From: an uncultured delta proteobacterium
GTDB taxonomy: Bacteria > Desulfobacterota > Syntrophia > Syntrophales > UBA2185
DNA length: 64,000 nt
Assembly: GCA_963729715.1 (NCBI GenBank)
Contig: CAVSPA010000010.1
Span: 181,230-245,229 of the forward strand
Reading direction: 5' to 3'
Part shown: piece by piece, positions 60,096-64,000 of the stretch
Layout of the letters: each line of letters opens with the position of its first letter
Numbering within the stretch: position 1 is the first letter of the stretch
The notes under the pieces: generated by a model
What the model was told of the DNA's origin: nothing
Databases searched by the model: none
The model's input: the letters and a program-made list of their open reading frames with translations, nothing else
Program-made: the position numbers and the translations under genes

Positions 60096-60881
60096 ATGAA
60101 GATATTGTTTATTGGAGACATAGTAGGCAAACCTGGAAGACGGGCGGTACGTGAGCTTCTTCCCGAAATAATTTTTCAGCGTAAGATTGATTTTATCATT
60201 GCGAATTGTGAGAATGCAGCTGCGGGATTTGGTGTGACAAGAGACGTCGTTGAAGAGCTCTACGGCAATCACATCAACGTGTTGACTTCGGGGAATCACA
60301 TCTGGGATAAAAGAGAGATTAGTGAATTTATTGGTGACTATGAAACTCTTCTCAGACCGGCCAATTTTCCTGCAGGCTCGCCTGGGTGGGGAAGTGTCGT
60401 CAGGCCTGATTCGTCGGGGATATCCTGCGGAGTGATTAATCTTATGGGACGGGTCTTTATGAGACCTATCGACTGTCCTTTCAGAGTGGCCGAAAGAGAA
60501 ATAGAAAAGATGAAAAAATATACGAAGACAATTATTATCGATATGCATGCTGAGGCGACTTCGGAGAAGGAAGCCATGGGTTGGTTTCTTGATGGTCGCG
60601 TTAGCGCTGTTCTCGGGACGCATACACATGTGCAGACGGCCGATGAGAGCATACTGCCTGGCGGCACCGCCTACATTACAGATGTCGGGATGACGGGTCC
60701 TTTCAATTCGATCATCGGCATAAGAAAGGATGTTGTGATTGAGAGGTTTTTGACGCAGATACCAAATAAGTTTGATGTGGCCAAGGATGATGTTCGGCTT
60801 CAGGGTGTCGTAATCGACGTTGATGAGAAAAGCGGCAAGGCCGCAGGCATTGAGAGACTGACCGTGCATATGAGAGATTGA
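60096..60881 (+). CDS. ymdB: YmdB/TIGR00282 metallophosphoesterase
   Basis: GDIVG, ENAAAG.G, GNH, DMHAEATSEK, GTHTHV. Confidence 0.93.
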   Translation: MKILFIGDIVGKPGRRAVRELLPEIIFQRKIDFIIANCENAAAGFGVTRDVVEELYGNHINVLTSGNHIWDKREISEFIGDYETLLRPANFPAGSPGWGSVVRPDSSGISCGVINLMGRVFMRPIDCPFRVAEREIEKMKKYTKTIIIDMHAEATSEKEAMGWFLDGRVSAVLGTHTHVQTADESILPGGTAYITDVGMTGPFNSIIGIRKDVVIERFLTQIPNKFDVAKDDVRLQGVVIDVDEKSGKAAGIERLTVHMRD

Positions 60882-60997
60882 GAAGACTATCGGGACCGAC
60901 GGTCATCCGGGGCGTTAATTTAATTAATAACGATATGCTGGGATGATGACGTGCTGAGCGATACGAACCCTTGAAAGGAAGCAGTGGAGAAGGAAGA

Positions 60998-62281
60998 TTG
61001 AAGAACGTTTATGACGTCTTTACCGAAAGGGGATTTGTGGAACAGGTTACGGATGAGGCGGAACTGCGCACTCTGCTGCAGGATGCATACGTTACCTGTT
61101 ATATCGGCTTTGATCCGACTGCGACAAGTTTGCATATAGGAAGCCTCGTCCCGATAATGGCTTTGATGCATATGCAGAAATGCGGTCATCGTCCGATTAT
61201 TCTGATCGGCAGCGGAACAGGTCTGATAGGAGATCCGAGCGGGAAGACTGAAATGCGTCAGATTCTCACACGAGAAGATATTGACTACAATGCGTCTTGT
61301 CTGCAAAAGCAACTGTCGAGATATATGGATTTCGGAAAAGGTAAGGCCATATTATTGAATAATGCAGAGTGGCTGACTGGACTTAAATACATCGAATTTC
61401 TGAGGGATATAGGGAGACACTTCAGCGTAAACAAGATGCTCGCGGCAGAGAGCTACAGGATGCGTTTAGAAACCGGTCTCAATTTTATTGAATTCAATTA
61501 CATGCTGCTTCAGGCCTACGATTTTTTGTATCTGTTTACCAATTATGGTTGTGCACTGCAGATGGGTGGAAATGATCAGTGGGGTAATATGCTGGCAGGA
61601 AGTGACCTTATTAGGAGGGTGAAAGGGAAGAACGCCTTCAGCATAACATTCCCCCTCATTACAACGTCACATGGATATAAAATGGGAAAAACTGAAAAGG
61701 GAACCGTGTGGCTCGACCCGGAACTGTCGTCTCCCTATGAGTATTATCAGTTCTGGATCAATACTGATGATTCAGATGTGGAGAGGTTTCTGGCGCTATT
61801 CACTTTTCTACCGATGGAAGAGATACGGGAAGTCCGAACTCTGATTGATTCAAGGTTGAACATGGCCAAGGCGGTGCTCGCTTTTGAGGCGACCAAGATA
61901 ACCCACGGCAGTGAAGCAGCCATTGCTGCATGGACGGCTTCTGCGACAGCCTTTAATACGAAACCAATAGAAGAAGGGCTCTTTCCATCGAGCAGTATTC
62001 CGAGAGAGGACGCGGCACGCGATGTATCTGCAATTCCCACCTGTGAGCGATCACGGTCCGAACTCGAAAAGGGAATACCCGCCTTTAAGCTTGCCTGTGA
62101 AGTGGGTTTAGCCGCTACCAGTGGAGAAGCAAGACGCCTGATTGCGCAGGGCGGGATATACATCAATGATCGCCCAATTGAGAAGTTTGATGAAAAGATC
62201 ACCATCAAGCATCTCAACGAACATGGAGAAATTCACTTAAGAAAAGGCAAGAAAAAACACGCCCTTATTACCGTGAAATAA
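60998..62281 (+). CDS. tyrS: Tyrosyl-tRNA synthetase
   Basis: GFDPTA.SLHIG, YMLLQAYD, GGNDQWGN, KMGKT, S4 domain. Confidence 0.98.
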   Translation: MKNVYDVFTERGFVEQVTDEAELRTLLQDAYVTCYIGFDPTATSLHIGSLVPIMALMHMQKCGHRPIILIGSGTGLIGDPSGKTEMRQILTREDIDYNASCLQKQLSRYMDFGKGKAILLNNAEWLTGLKYIEFLRDIGRHFSVNKMLAAESYRMRLETGLNFIEFNYMLLQAYDFLYLFTNYGCALQMGGNDQWGNMLAGSDLIRRVKGKNAFSITFPLITTSHGYKMGKTEKGTVWLDPELSSPYEYYQFWINTDDSDVERFLALFTFLPMEEIREVRTLIDSRLNMAKAVLAFEATKITHGSEAAIAAWTASATAFNTKPIEEGLFPSSSIPREDAARDVSAIPTCERSRSELEKGIPAFKLACEVGLAATSGEARRLIAQGGIYINDRPIEKFDEKITIKHLNEHGEIHLRKGKKKHALITVK

Positions 62282-62308
62282 ATTTTTATTTTTTGGCAAA
62301 AATTTATC

Positions 62309-62478
62309 TTGACTATTGCCGAAAGAGTATGTAGAAGAACAAGTTCTTTTAAGTCTTGACGGATTTCTTTTTAGTACTGCAGTAACTCTTCGCGTATAGT
62401 GCTTCGAGAAATAAATCTTGACAGAATTGGTAATTTAAATTATTCTAAAAACTCGCTTTAGAATTGTTCTTTGTAAAT
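62309..62478 (+). promoter_or_regulatory. rrn tandem promoters and boxA-like site
   Basis: TTGACT-17-TAGAAG (62309), TTGACA-17-TATTCT (62418), boxA-like TGTTCTTTG (about 62465). Confidence 0.65.
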
Positions 62479-62553
62479 TGAATAGTGGGATAATAGATTT
62501 GTGGGTCCTTTTCGATTTGATGGAAAGTTAGAGAGCAATCTCTATAAGGATTA

Positions 62554-64000
<1,447 letters not shown>

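Noticed and set aside
2581..62217. Numerous long antisense or shadow ORFs (e.g. 2581-3288, 27851-28570, 36058-36786)
   Set aside because: They lie opposite well-supported genes and are expected from codon bias

Overview
This is mostly core chromosome from an anaerobic deltaproteobacterium (Desulfobacterota). The 16S sequence and gene repertoire look Syntrophales-like, judged by eye with no database search. Housekeeping content: pheT-ihfA-merR, ptsH-ptsI-plsB, atpZ/I-atpB (no atpE), priA, dksA, rsfS, a dpp-like permease pair, rpmH-rnpA-yidD-yidC-jag-mnmE (no adjacent dnaA), uvrB/uvrC, rplU-rpmA-csp-obgE-proB, purD-purH-purE-tsaC, zapB-zapA-6S RNA-rny-ymdB-tyrS, and the 5' ~1.45 kb of a 16S rRNA gene. 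The most notable observations are: (1) a compact five-gene sirtuin/GNAT/TANGO2(NRDE)/NUDIX/HDAC operon resembling a protein acylation write-erase-recycle module; (2) a selenoprotein missed by the ORF track (in-frame UGA plus SECIS-like hairpin), followed by an amidotransferase gene with another in-frame UGA; (3) an archaeal-type purD; (4) a CsgG/FlgT-like envelope protein pair; (5) a sigma54 promoter with tandem enhancer-like sites; (6) degenerate palindromic intergenic elements. I saw no CRISPR array, tRNA, transposase or prophage gene.
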